Source: Candidatus Kerfeldbacteria bacterium (GTDB lineage Bacteria; Patescibacteriota; Patescibacteriia; SBBC01; CAIJZX01). Taken from it: a stretch of 64,000 nucleotides of DNA. Shown here piece after piece: positions 8,216-16,966 of the stretch (positions are counted from its first letter, which is position 1; every line of letters begins with the position of its first letter). Below the pieces are notes generated by a model. The model was given only the letters and a program-made list of their open reading frames with translations. It was not told the origin of the DNA and ran no database searches. Both the position numbers and the translations under genes were made by a program. The stretch spans positions 406,723 through 470,722 of the forward strand of contig JACPSJ010000001.1 in the NCBI GenBank assembly GCA_016193315.1, in the 5' to 3' direction.

Positions 8216-8250
8216 AAAAAAACCGCCAACCAGCACTGGTCAGCGGTGAC
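8216..8250 (-). terminator. Putative intrinsic terminator for the minus-strand gene ending at 8259
   Basis: On the minus strand: CCGCTGACCAG-gtgct-TGGTTGGCGG, a stem of about 10 bp with 2 G·U pairs, followed by TTTTTTTCTTTTTT. Confidence 0.45.
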
Positions 8251-8258
8251 TCATGCGG

Positions 8259-8942
8259 CTACTCGACCTTGGTCGCCAAAGCCGCTTCTAGGCTCGAACG
8301 AAAATGGTCGACGAAACCCTGGAACAGGCCCGGGCGTTGGCTCAGCGACGCCGAACCGAGCCCGGGGCGTTCGACGATATTGTGCACATAGTGCGGCCGG
8401 CGTTCGCCGATGTCGCAGTATATCCCCATCAGTCGCTCGTACAGAGCCAGATGGAGGCCGTGGACGGCTACCCGATCTTCGCGCCTGGTCACGCCGAGTT
8501 GGTCGAAGAACAAGGCCATCAGCCCGTCCCAGGCCGCGATCGGATCAGCCAACTCGTCGTTCGTCAGGTGGAAAGCCAGGGCCCAGAAGATGGTGAAGGC
8601 CGGATAGTAGAATGTCCAGCGCCATTCACTCTGCGGCTCGAGCCAGCGGTCGAAGCGGGGTGGCTGCCCGACCATGGCAATCTTGCTGATCGCTGGTTGG
8701 GCAAAGACTGGGATTGGTCGCAGGCCCGGGATCAACGCGACCAGGTCCCAATGGACAGGGGCTCCGCCCTGCTCCCAGCGGCGGAGACGGGAGTGGAAGA
8801 GGTTTATCAGGATGCCCGGCGGTTCCAGAGGTTCTGGTGCTGAAGCATCAAAAGCCCGATGTAGAACGGCCACTAGGTCGTCCGGCAGGCCACGGAAACC
8901 CCGGTTCGACCAGGTGACGCCGAGGGTCTGAACTTCAGGCAT
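8259..8942 (-). CDS. Hypothetical protein (227 aa), with a possible distant resemblance to the C-terminal region of ANT(6)-type adenylyltransferases
   Basis: Protein-like composition and a terminator downstream on the minus strand. Chosen over the antisense ORF 8304-8843. Confidence 0.4.
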   Translation of the reverse strand: MPEVQTLGVTWSNRGFRGLPDDLVAVLHRAFDASAPEPLEPPGILINLFHSRLRRWEQGGAPVHWDLVALIPGLRPIPVFAQPAISKIAMVGQPPRFDRWLEPQSEWRWTFYYPAFTIFWALAFHLTNDELADPIAAWDGLMALFFDQLGVTRREDRVAVHGLHLALYERLMGIYCDIGERRPHYVHNIVERPGLGSASLSQRPGLFQGFVDHFRSSLEAALATKVE

Positions 8943-9037
8943 GACAGCCTCCTGGTGAAGGGGACAATCAGGATCAAGACTGCGCCAAAGCTAAACACCT
9001 TTAGCCGGGCCAGTCAAGTTTGGTGTATACTATAAGT

Positions 9038-9718
9038 ATGCGGCTGTGGCAGTATCTGCTCCTGGCCTTGATCGCTGGCTTTGGCCTGGCCATCCTATGG
9101 GCCTTCTTTGGCCAGCGCCAAACCATCGCTCCGACCGTGAACAATCGGCCCCAATCCATCAACCAGTCGACCACGAGCATTGGCAATGACAACCAGCAGC
9201 CAAGTGTCACCACTCCCTTTTCCACCAACGACTTGCCTGATCGCGATCCGGCCTTTGATTTCTCCGCCGCGCTGCCGCTCGGTTGGGCGGCTCAGTATGT
9301 GGAGGTGAGCCGGGCCATCAACTTCTTCGATCCCCGAGCGACTGGCACGGGGCCCATCGAGCAGTCCAGAATTTTCGTCACCTCCGAAGAAGGAGTTGAT
9401 TTTCCGCGCGCCTCCGGCCCCGGCTCCAGCCAACGCCGACAACTTTCGGTTGGTGGCCGCCAGGCGGTTGAGTTCGAGCGTCAGGGCGAGACGGCGACCG
9501 CTGGTCAACCAACGTGGCTGGCGCCGGCCCACCCGGTCGTGGAAATTCGTATCACCCAAGGCCATCCAACCCGGTACTACATTTTTGCTCGAGCGCCTGA
9601 TCTGCCAACCGATACGTTTGAAGCTTTTCTTCGATCGCTCGACATTCCCGCTGAGACGGCCGCTGGGTCGCCCCTGATCGCCGGCCGGAAACCCGTCACG
9701 GATGATACCGGCGGCTGA
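9038..9718 (+). CDS. Hypothetical membrane-anchored protein
   Basis: MRLWQYLLLALIAGFGLAILWAFF is an N-terminal TM helix. ATG at 9038 lies 6 nt after a TATACT -10-like hexamer (9026-9031), so the mRNA may be leaderless. Confidence 0.45.
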   Translation: MRLWQYLLLALIAGFGLAILWAFFGQRQTIAPTVNNRPQSINQSTTSIGNDNQQPSVTTPFSTNDLPDRDPAFDFSAALPLGWAAQYVEVSRAINFFDPRATGTGPIEQSRIFVTSEEGVDFPRASGPGSSQRRQLSVGGRQAVEFERQGETATAGQPTWLAPAHPVVEIRITQGHPTRYYIFARAPDLPTDTFEAFLRSLDIPAETAAGSPLIAGRKPVTDDTGG

Positions 9719-9720
9719 CC

Positions 9721-10383
9721 ATGACTAACCCACTGATGCAATCCCGTTTTGTGCTGCTGGCGGCGGGCATCATCATCGCGGCCGCCGCCGTGCTAAACTT
9801 GACACAGTACCGCCTGCCAGCCCGATCAGTGGACCTTTCTTCAAACTCAGCCAACCGCATAACCAACAATCATACGAACGTCAACACTTCAACCCTCATC
9901 GCTCCCGGGATTCTACCGTCTGAGCAGATTCATAATCAGCAGGCGCGAATCGTGACAAACAAAGGAGAATTCATCATCGCCCTCGCGGACGAGCAAGCGC
10001 CGCTGGCCGTCAGCAGCTTCATCTACCTGGCCAAGCAAGGGTTTTACGACGGCCTGCGTTGGCATCGAGTTGAACCAGGTTTTGTCGTCCAGGGCGGTGA
10101 TCCGTTGACTCGTGACGATGACCGCCTAATGTGGGGTCGCGGCGGACCCGGCTACACCTTTGCCGATGAAACCGTCACCGGCGCCTACACCGCCGGCACG
10201 GTGGCCATGGCTAACCGCGGACCCGATACGAATGGCTCGCAGTTTTTCATCGTCCTGGCCGACCAACCAGGCTTGCCAAAAAACTACACCATCTTCGGTC
10301 GGGTCAGCCGCGGTTCTGAGGTGGTTCCGTCGCTGGCGGTGGGTGATGAAATTCGCCAAGTGGTTATTGAGCCCCGACGGTAG
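9721..10383 (+). CDS. Peptidyl-prolyl cis-trans isomerase, cyclophilin type, with an N-terminal TM helix or signal
   Basis: Cyclophilin core: FYDGLRWHRVEPGFVVQGGDP…GYTFADE…TVAMANRGPDTNGSQFFIVL…FGRV. Confidence 0.85.
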   Translation: MTNPLMQSRFVLLAAGIIIAAAAVLNLTQYRLPARSVDLSSNSANRITNNHTNVNTSTLIAPGILPSEQIHNQQARIVTNKGEFIIALADEQAPLAVSSFIYLAKQGFYDGLRWHRVEPGFVVQGGDPLTRDDDRLMWGRGGPGYTFADETVTGAYTAGTVAMANRGPDTNGSQFFIVLADQPGLPKNYTIFGRVSRGSEVVPSLAVGDEIRQVVIEPRR

Positions 10384-10384
10384 C

Positions 10385-10705
10385 ATGTATTGGTCTCCAG
10401 ACTTACAAGAAAAGCTTCAGACTTTGATGGCCGACACGCCGCCAACGTACCGCCGCTGGCTGAACCGCCAGGTCGTCCGCCAAGCGGCCGAATGGCAGGC
10501 ACAAAAGCTAGGTAAATCGGATGTCGATGAAGAAGCGCTCGTCCGTGGATACATCGTCGTGGTTCCGCGACACCTGCGGGATGGCATCGAAGAGGTTCTG
10601 ACCGACCACAACTACGACCTGCTGTATTTTCGGCCGGTCTTCGACGAGCCAACCTTTCGCGATCATCTTTCCTCACGGACGCCGCCGTCGACCAACCGAC
10701 CATGA
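10385..10705 (+). CDS. Small protein with a PCP_red-like domain
   Basis: MYWSPDLQEKLQTL…YRRWLNRQVVRQAAEWQAQKLG… resembles the W-x-EA…VP-F-R…AR fold of PF08369-type proteins. Confidence 0.35.
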   Translation: MYWSPDLQEKLQTLMADTPPTYRRWLNRQVVRQAAEWQAQKLGKSDVDEEALVRGYIVVVPRHLRDGIEEVLTDHNYDLLYFRPVFDEPTFRDHLSSRTPPSTNRP

Positions 10706-11220
10706 CCACGACATCACCCGCCCCCTCAGGGCGTTGGTTGCGAGCACTCTACATTCGTAACTTCATTTTTGGCGGTGAGGATAGTCTGGTTTCGACCGTC
10801 GGCCTATTGTCCGGCATTGCCGCCGCTGGCTTGACTCGCGGCGATATTGTCTTGACCGGCGTGGTCCTCATTTTCGTCGAAGCCCTGTCCATGGCGGTAG
10901 GCAGTTTCTTGGCCGAGAACTCGGCCGAGGAATACTTGACGCGCCGCGAAGTACCGGCCCAGACGGCGATCAAGGCCGGACTGATCATGTTCGTGTCGTA
11001 TTTTCTCTTGGGCTTTGTCCCCCTGGCGCCGTACCTGATGCTGTCAGTCACCGCCGCCTTTCCGGTGTCGATTGGAGCCTCGCTCCTGGCCCTGTGGTTA
11101 CTCGGTTATGGCAGCGGCGAGAAGTTTCATGTCCAAGCCAGACGGAGCGGACTCAAGATGCTGGTGCTCGGCGGGCTGGCGATTGCCATCGGCATTATCG
11201 TCGGGCGGGTGGTGCGGTGA
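10702..11220 (+). CDS. VIT1/CCC1-family (DUF125) membrane transporter
   Basis: FGGEDSLVSTVGLLSGIAAAG is the VIT-family signature. Five TM segments. ATGA overlap with the upstream gene. Confidence 0.6.
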   Translation: MTTTSPAPSGRWLRALYIRNFIFGGEDSLVSTVGLLSGIAAAGLTRGDIVLTGVVLIFVEALSMAVGSFLAENSAEEYLTRREVPAQTAIKAGLIMFVSYFLLGFVPLAPYLMLSVTAAFPVSIGASLLALWLLGYGSGEKFHVQARRSGLKMLVLGGLAIAIGIIVGRVVR

Positions 11221-11265
11221 CGAAGATGCCACCTCGACCATCCTGGACTGTGGTAGACTAGCGAT

Positions 11266-12045
11266 ATGGCCCGTCAGCGACGACCGGATGATATCCGACA
11301 GGGCGCACTGTTTACTGGCTCCCGGCCCAGGCGGCCGGTCGTACGTCCGGGTCGGAGGGCCGGAACGCGACGCACGCCGACGCCGATCCGGACGCCGGGG
11401 AAGAAAATTTGGCTATCGGCCACCGGCATTGAAACCCACCGGCGATGTCCGCGCTGTTTTTGGTTGCAGTACAACCTGCGCATCTACCAGCCAGAAGGGA
11501 TCGTCTCCCGCTTGGCTAACCGTTTCGACGGGGTGATCAAACGGTATTTTGATTTGTATCGCGGGACGAATGAGTTACCGCCCCTGGTGGCCGGCCAAGT
11601 AGTTGGTCGGCTCGAGTCACCCTTCCAAGAACTCTACTTCGCTACTCTCAATCAGCGGTACGGTTTCAAAGGCAAACTCGACGAGTGCCTGGTTCGCCCT
11701 GATGGACGGTACACCCCAGTTGATCACAAAACGGCCTCCTCAGACCCGAACACCAGAGAGATCATTCCGGCCTATCAGTTTCAGCTCGATAGTTACGCCT
11801 GGCTGCTGGGGCAGAACGAAAAGCCAACTAGCGGCCTCGGTCACCTGATCTACTTCTATCCGGCCGAGAGTCAACACCTGCATCAGGGGTTTCCCATGGA
11901 GGTGACCATCAAAACGCTGACCACGAAGCCGACGTCGGTCCGCCCAATATTAGAGCAGGCGATTAGCCTCCTCGAAGGGCCGCTTCCCGCGCCGGCTGAC
12001 GACTGCCCGTTTTGCCTTTATGTTGAACAGGTCAAACGGTTTTGA
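11266..12045 (+). CDS. RecB-family PD-(D/E)xK nuclease (Cas4-like/DUF83-type) with an Arg-rich low-complexity N-terminus; start uncertain
   Basis: N-terminal CPRC and C-terminal CPFC cysteines. Motifs: …DGRYTPVDHKT… (D/ExK) and QFQLDSYAW (RecB-family QhxxY). Residues 1-45 are R/P-rich and may be over-extension. Confidence 0.5.
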   Translation: MARQRRPDDIRQGALFTGSRPRRPVVRPGRRAGTRRTPTPIRTPGKKIWLSATGIETHRRCPRCFWLQYNLRIYQPEGIVSRLANRFDGVIKRYFDLYRGTNELPPLVAGQVVGRLESPFQELYFATLNQRYGFKGKLDECLVRPDGRYTPVDHKTASSDPNTREIIPAYQFQLDSYAWLLGQNEKPTSGLGHLIYFYPAESQHLHQGFPMEVTIKTLTTKPTSVRPILEQAISLLEGPLPAPADDCPFCLYVEQVKRF

Positions 12046-12048
12046 CGG

Positions 12049-13554
12049 ATGAAACGGCGGGCGAAACCAAGACTCAAGGGACGACCAGCCGGAATCTTTT
12101 GTCCGGTCAGCGCCTTACCCAGCCGTTTTGGCATCGGCGACTTCGGGCCGGGCGCCTACCGTTGGCTAGACTGGCTGGCAGCGGCCGGCCAACAGTACTG
12201 GCAAGTGCTGCCGCTGACTATCGTTGACGCCGCCGGTTCGCCGTATATGTCGTCCTCAAGTCGGGCTGGGAACTGGTTGCTGCTCAGTCCGGAACGGCTG
12301 GTCGATGCTGGGTGGCTTGAGCCAGCGGACGTCGGGGGGAGGCCAGAACCAGCGGCCACTATCGGCTACCGACGAGCGGCTAGAATCAAGAGACGGATTC
12401 TCGGCCGGGCCTATCGCCGCTTTCTCCGGACCGCTGACCGGCGGTCACTTCAACGGTGGCAAGCTTTTGTCGCGCGTCAGCAATCATGGCTGGAGCCGTT
12501 CGCACTCTATGCCGCCCTGAAGGACCATTGGCGTCACCAACCGTGGTGGCGCTGGCCAGCGGCCTACCAAACGTGGTCCTCGACGCGGCGCCAAGTACCC
12601 CCGAGTGTCGTTCGAGGGCAACGGTTCCACACCTTCCTCCAATGGCTTTTTGACGAGCAATGGACGGCCTTGCGTTCAGCCGCGCATGACCGCGGCATCC
12701 GGATCATCGGTGACCTGCCGTTCTTCACGCCGCTCGATAGCGTCGAAGTCTGGCAGGACCGGTCGCTTTTCCAACTAACGCGGACCGGTCGCCCACAGGC
12801 CGTGGCCGGCGTACCACCCGACCCGTTCAATCCCCAAGGCCAACGCTGGGGAATGCCGGTCTATCGTTGGTCGAAGCATCGTCGACATCGCTTCCAGTGG
12901 TGGCAAGAACGCTTACAAGCGGCTCTTGGTCGCTACGATCTAGTCCGATTTGATCATTTTCACGGTTATGTCTCGACCTGGCACATCCCCGCCCGACACC
13001 TTCGGGCCCGTCGCGGACATTGGGTCGCGACCCCCGGCCGGGAGATCTTGCAAACTCTCAGGCAATCGAGTTGGCGGAAACGGATACTGGTCGAAGACCT
13101 TGGGCACTACAGTCCCCGGGCCGAGCAGCTGCGCCGAGGTTTTCACTTGCCCGGTACCCGAGTGTTGATCTTTGGCTGGTCTGGATTGAGGGACAATATT
13201 CACTCGCTCCCGCACATCGGACCCGATGTCTTCTGCTACACCTCGACTCACGACACGAATACCGTCAATGGCTGGTGGCAGCAGGAAGCCAGGTGGTATG
13301 AGCGGCGGCAAGTGGCTAGGCTTTTCTTAGCCACCAGCCAGCTTCATTGGCGATTTATCACCGCCGTCTATCGCAGCGGGGCCCGAGTGGCCATGGTGCC
13401 GGTCCAAGACGTTCTCGGACTCGGGTCCGAAGGCCGTTTGAATAAGCCGGGTACAAAACGGCGGAATTGGCGCTGGCGATTGCGGCCCGGACTCCTGACT
13501 TCCCGCTTGGCCCGCCGTTTACGTCATTTAACTGAGGCCAACTATGACACGTGA
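12049..13554 (+). CDS. malQ: 4-alpha-glucanotransferase (amylomaltase, GH77)
   Basis: GIFCPVSALPSRFGIGDFGPGAYRWLDWLAAAGQQYWQVLPL is a canonical MalQ N-terminus. 501 aa. Confidence 0.85.
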   Translation: MKRRAKPRLKGRPAGIFCPVSALPSRFGIGDFGPGAYRWLDWLAAAGQQYWQVLPLTIVDAAGSPYMSSSSRAGNWLLLSPERLVDAGWLEPADVGGRPEPAATIGYRRAARIKRRILGRAYRRFLRTADRRSLQRWQAFVARQQSWLEPFALYAALKDHWRHQPWWRWPAAYQTWSSTRRQVPPSVVRGQRFHTFLQWLFDEQWTALRSAAHDRGIRIIGDLPFFTPLDSVEVWQDRSLFQLTRTGRPQAVAGVPPDPFNPQGQRWGMPVYRWSKHRRHRFQWWQERLQAALGRYDLVRFDHFHGYVSTWHIPARHLRARRGHWVATPGREILQTLRQSSWRKRILVEDLGHYSPRAEQLRRGFHLPGTRVLIFGWSGLRDNIHSLPHIGPDVFCYTSTHDTNTVNGWWQQEARWYERRQVARLFLATSQLHWRFITAVYRSGARVAMVPVQDVLGLGSEGRLNKPGTKRRNWRWRLRPGLLTSRLARRLRHLTEANYDT

Positions 13555-14065
13555 TCGAGGACCCCACCCGGCTCACCAATCGAGGTGGGCGGCCATCGCA
13601 ATCATCGCCTTGATCGGGCTGGTTGGGATGTGGTGGTTGGCGGGTCGCCGGGCCACGCCGACCGCGTCTCGACCAACGATGATTACCGCCTGCCATCCCT
13701 GGACTCCCGCCGAGGCCATCCGGCAGGCCGACTTGATCATGACCGGGCAGGTGTTTATTGTGCTCCCCAGCCGTCTTGGCGCTGAGATAGTTATCGAACC
13801 CGGACGAGTTTTTCACGGCCAGCTGCCTGAGGGCGCCGTTCGGGTGGTCGCCAAACCGGTCACCAAGATGGTCATGTCACCAGACGGTAGCGAACCAGAG
13901 CTGCATTTTACCAGCGACCAGCCACCGTATCTGTTGGTGCTGCGGCGGCGGACGGATGGTCTGTACGAAACCAGATCGTGCTGGGGTAGTCGGCTACTCG
14001 GTCCAGGACTACGGCCTGAGGAAGAGGCCGCCTGGGGAGTCAGACTGGATAACCCGGCCGACTGA
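13544..14065 (+). CDS. Hypothetical membrane-anchored protein
   Basis: N-terminal TM helix (AAIAIIALIGLVGMWWLAG). Overlaps the malQ stop. Confidence 0.4.
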   Translation: MTRDRGPHPAHQSRWAAIAIIALIGLVGMWWLAGRRATPTASRPTMITACHPWTPAEAIRQADLIMTGQVFIVLPSRLGAEIVIEPGRVFHGQLPEGAVRVVAKPVTKMVMSPDGSEPELHFTSDQPPYLLVLRRRTDGLYETRSCWGSRLLGPGLRPEEEAAWGVRLDNPAD

Positions 14066-14108
14066 TTGGACGATGGACGGTGCACTGGGGATGGGGTAGA
14101 CTGCAGGT

Positions 14109-14831
14109 ATGGGCCGATCGGCGCGATGGAGAGGGATGCTCGGTCTGGTGATGTTCGGGGCGCTAGTTATTCCAGCTGGGGCGGCTGAGGTTCGTCGTGA
14201 CACCAGTGGGCACACCCACTGGACTGAAGCCGTCAAGCTCGGCCGGTTGAACAAGGAATTTGTGCTCTTTGGCCGCCTCGGTCCTTCCGGCGATCACCGC
14301 TGGTACGTTTTTTCGGCCACCAGCGGTCAGCAAGTTCGCTTAATGCTGACCGTGCCGGTGGACAGCGAGCCGCGCTTTCGACCAAAGCTAGCCATCTACC
14401 AGCCGGATACGGTCACCGCCGGACCGCTGCTGCCGATGGAGCAACCGCCAGAAACGGTGGCGCTAGTCTACGATGCCCGCCAGAATCAGCGGCAGCATGA
14501 GTCACTGACGCAAACAGAATACTTGACTCGCCTCGGGGTAGTGGCTGATTTCCCGGTCGGCGGTCGGTACTACCTATCGGTGTTCAACGTGGCCACGGTC
14601 GGTGGTAGCTACCGCCTAACGCTTGGCCAAGACCGCGGCCTGACGTTAGCGACCATTATCTCGTATCCCCAGCGCTGGTGGTACAGCCAAGCCTGGGCCG
14701 GTTTCAACCCACAGTCAATCTTTCTGCCGGCCGTCAGCCTGGGCGTCCTCGGCTTAGCCATCTGGTTCAAGATCATGACGACCAGAACCCGTGTTCACGT
14801 GCCGCGCTCGAAGCGGCCGCCCGCCCGATGA
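14109..14831 (+). CDS. Hypothetical secreted protein with a PPC-like (pre-peptidase C-terminal-like) beta domain and a C-terminal TM helix
   Basis: Signal-like N-terminus. GDHRWYVFSATSGQQVRLMLTV is a PPC-like pattern. C-terminal hydrophobic helix. Confidence 0.4.
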   Translation: MGRSARWRGMLGLVMFGALVIPAGAAEVRRDTSGHTHWTEAVKLGRLNKEFVLFGRLGPSGDHRWYVFSATSGQQVRLMLTVPVDSEPRFRPKLAIYQPDTVTAGPLLPMEQPPETVALVYDARQNQRQHESLTQTEYLTRLGVVADFPVGGRYYLSVFNVATVGGSYRLTLGQDRGLTLATIISYPQRWWYSQAWAGFNPQSIFLPAVSLGVLGLAIWFKIMTTRTRVHVPRSKRPPAR

Positions 14832-15901
14832 ACATCGACCAATCTCCCATTCTCCGTCGTGATCCGGGTCACGTCGGAGCCGCCTTGACTCTGTTAGCCG
14901 ACCAGCTCGTTGATGGCTGGCGACAAGCCCAGGGTGTTTCGCTGCCTGAGTCATACCGACGGGTTCACCGGATGGCCGTGTGTGCCATGGGGGGGTCACA
15001 TTTGCCGGCCGACATCATCAAGGCCGTCCTATCCGAGGACATATCCCGGCCGATCATGGTGGTGTCCGATTACCAATTGCCGGCCTGGGTCGATCAAGAA
15101 ACCGCGGTGATTGCGATTAGCTACTCAGGAACCCCGGAAGAAACGATCGCCGCTCTGAAGGCGGCCATCAAACGTCGAGCCAAAGTGGCAGTCATTACCA
15201 GTGGCGGCGCCCTGGCCGACGCGGCTGGCTATTACCGTCTGCCGCTGTATCAGTTCACCCCGACCGCTAACCCTTCGGGCCAGCCTCGTCTCGGCATTGG
15301 TTACACCATAACCGCACTGTTAATGTGTTTGCGACAACTCGGTTGGCTTCGTCCGCGTGATGGTGACCTGGATCAAGCGGTCACCGCCGCCCGCCAAGCG
15401 ATTCGTCGCTATCATCCTAGTCTTCGGCGTCCGGCGAACCTAGCCAAGCAGCTGGCCGTCGAATGGAGAAACAAGATTCCGCTGCTGATGGGAACTGGGT
15501 GGACAGCTGGCAACCTCCAGGCGTTCCATAACCAAATCCACGAAAATGCTAAGACCTGGGCGGCTTGGTATCAGTTGCCGGATCTCAACCACCACCTGCT
15601 CGAGGGGCTTCGGCACCGGGCAATTACCCGCCAGTTGGCCGCCTGGTTTGTGGATGATCCCGACGATCCGCCGCGACTTCGACTTCGGCTTCGACTGACG
15701 GCCGAAACGCTCGGCCGGCTCGGCGCGACAGTCCGGCGGTGGCGGCCGCACGGCCACACCCGCTGGGAGAAAGCGATTGATATGCTCGCCTTCGGCGGTT
15801 TTGTCAGCTGGTATCTGGCCGCGGTTCGCCGTGTTCAGCCAGCCCCCATCCCAACCGTCGACGCATTGAAACAAGCCTTGGGCCGCGTGAGGAAGACCTA
15901 A
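14828..15901 (+). CDS. Bifunctional phosphoglucose/phosphomannose isomerase (SIS-domain, archaeal-type PGI/PMI)
   Basis: AVCAMGGSHLPADIIKAV is the GMGGS motif. Start set at the MNIDQ… ATG at 14828, which overlaps the upstream stop as ATGA. Confidence 0.7.
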   Translation: MNIDQSPILRRDPGHVGAALTLLADQLVDGWRQAQGVSLPESYRRVHRMAVCAMGGSHLPADIIKAVLSEDISRPIMVVSDYQLPAWVDQETAVIAISYSGTPEETIAALKAAIKRRAKVAVITSGGALADAAGYYRLPLYQFTPTANPSGQPRLGIGYTITALLMCLRQLGWLRPRDGDLDQAVTAARQAIRRYHPSLRRPANLAKQLAVEWRNKIPLLMGTGWTAGNLQAFHNQIHENAKTWAAWYQLPDLNHHLLEGLRHRAITRQLAAWFVDDPDDPPRLRLRLRLTAETLGRLGATVRRWRPHGHTRWEKAIDMLAFGGFVSWYLAAVRRVQPAPIPTVDALKQALGRVRKT

Positions 15902-16518
15902 CGTACGGGCAATGGCAGCGGCGTTTTCAGTCGTCGTTCAAGCTGCTGGACCACCTCGGAGACTGGTTGAAAATTGTTCCAGTCGAGCCGGAGCACTGTG
16001 GTTTCATTTTCTACCGCGGTCGTCCACTCGGCAAACAAGTCCGATAGCGACTGCAGGTAGTCAGCTGAAATGGCTTGCTCGCTGGCGCGGCCGCGCCGGC
16101 GAATGCGTTCCCGGGCCTGATCGACCGTCGTCTCCAGGTGGATGATGACGTCCGGTAGTTCGAGGAGCGGACGTAGTGTTTCGAAATGCGAACAGTAATT
16201 CCGGTAATCGCGATCATCCATAAAGCCAACCTGGTGCGTTAAGCGAGCGTAGAGGATATCTCCAAAGATGATTTGGTCTTGGACGATACCGACCTGTCGA
16301 CGGCGTAGTTCTTGAATCTCCCGATGTTGTTTGAAGCGCTGGGTCAACATGAAGATCTGCATCCCAAATGACCAGCGCTTGGCGTCGGCATAGAAATCAT
16401 CCAGGTACGGATTATCGCGAACCGGCTCGTACAAGGCCCGATACCCCAAACGGCTGGCCAAGGCCGCGGTCAGTCGTGATTTGCCGACCCCGATGCAGCC
16501 GACGATGCCGATATACAT
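15898..16518 (-). CDS. Deoxynucleoside kinase (dCK/dGK family)
   Basis: MYIGIVGCIGVGKSRL P-loop, then …YEPV…DRDY…, as in the dNK fold. 206 aa. Confidence 0.8.
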   Translation of the reverse strand: MYIGIVGCIGVGKSRLTAALASRLGYRALYEPVRDNPYLDDFYADAKRWSFGMQIFMLTQRFKQHREIQELRRRQVGIVQDQIIFGDILYARLTHQVGFMDDRDYRNYCSHFETLRPLLELPDVIIHLETTVDQARERIRRRGRASEQAISADYLQSLSDLFAEWTTAVENETTVLRLDWNNFQPVSEVVQQLERRLKTPLPLPVR

Positions 16519-16563
16519 ACTAGTCTACTCTAACGGCCGCCGCGCCAGACGTCAAAAGGACGA

Positions 16564-16592
16564 TTGACAACGGCGGGTGGTGGTGATAGAGT
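16564..16592 (+). promoter_or_regulatory. Sigma70-like promoter TTGACA-17-TAGAGT
   Basis: Exact TTGACA at 16564-16569, a 17-nt spacer, then TAGAGT at 16587-16592. Confidence 0.5.
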
Positions 16593-16735
16593 GTGCCCGA
16601 TGGGTAAAGGCTGAGTTCGATTTGCCCGTCCCTCCGGACGACAAAACGCCTCACTTTTCGGTCGATTCCCGTCCAGGCTCGGGAGACAGCCCAGACAAAG
16701 AGCTTGGGCTTGAAAACTAGTAAGTAGACACCTCC

Positions 16736-16930
16736 ATGGCGTTTCAGATGGGCGCTCCGCGCCCAATGGTGGATGTCCGTGCCCTCAACCTGACTTGCGC
16801 CACTTGTGGCCGGCCGATTGAGGAATTGCCGTTTCAACCGGCAATGAATGACGACGGCACCCCCCAGCGTCCGGTGTACTGCCGCGAACACAAACCGCAG
16901 CGCAAGAGCTTCGGTCCGCGGCGTTACTAA
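16736..16930 (+). CDS. Small zinc-ribbon protein (CxxC…CxxH, possibly YacG-like)
   Basis: 64 aa. LTCATCGRPIEELPFQP…RPVYCREH. Basic C-terminus. Lies downstream of the promoter at 16564. Confidence 0.45.
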   Translation: MAFQMGAPRPMVDVRALNLTCATCGRPIEELPFQPAMNDDGTPQRPVYCREHKPQRKSFGPRRY

Positions 16931-16966
16931 GGATTTATCACCACCAGCCCCGCTTAGCCGCGGGGT

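Noticed and set aside
8304-8843. 179-aa plus-strand ORF antisense to the 8259-8942 gene
   Set aside because: The minus-strand frame is longer, has more protein-like composition, and is followed by a hairpin and T-run terminator on its own strand.
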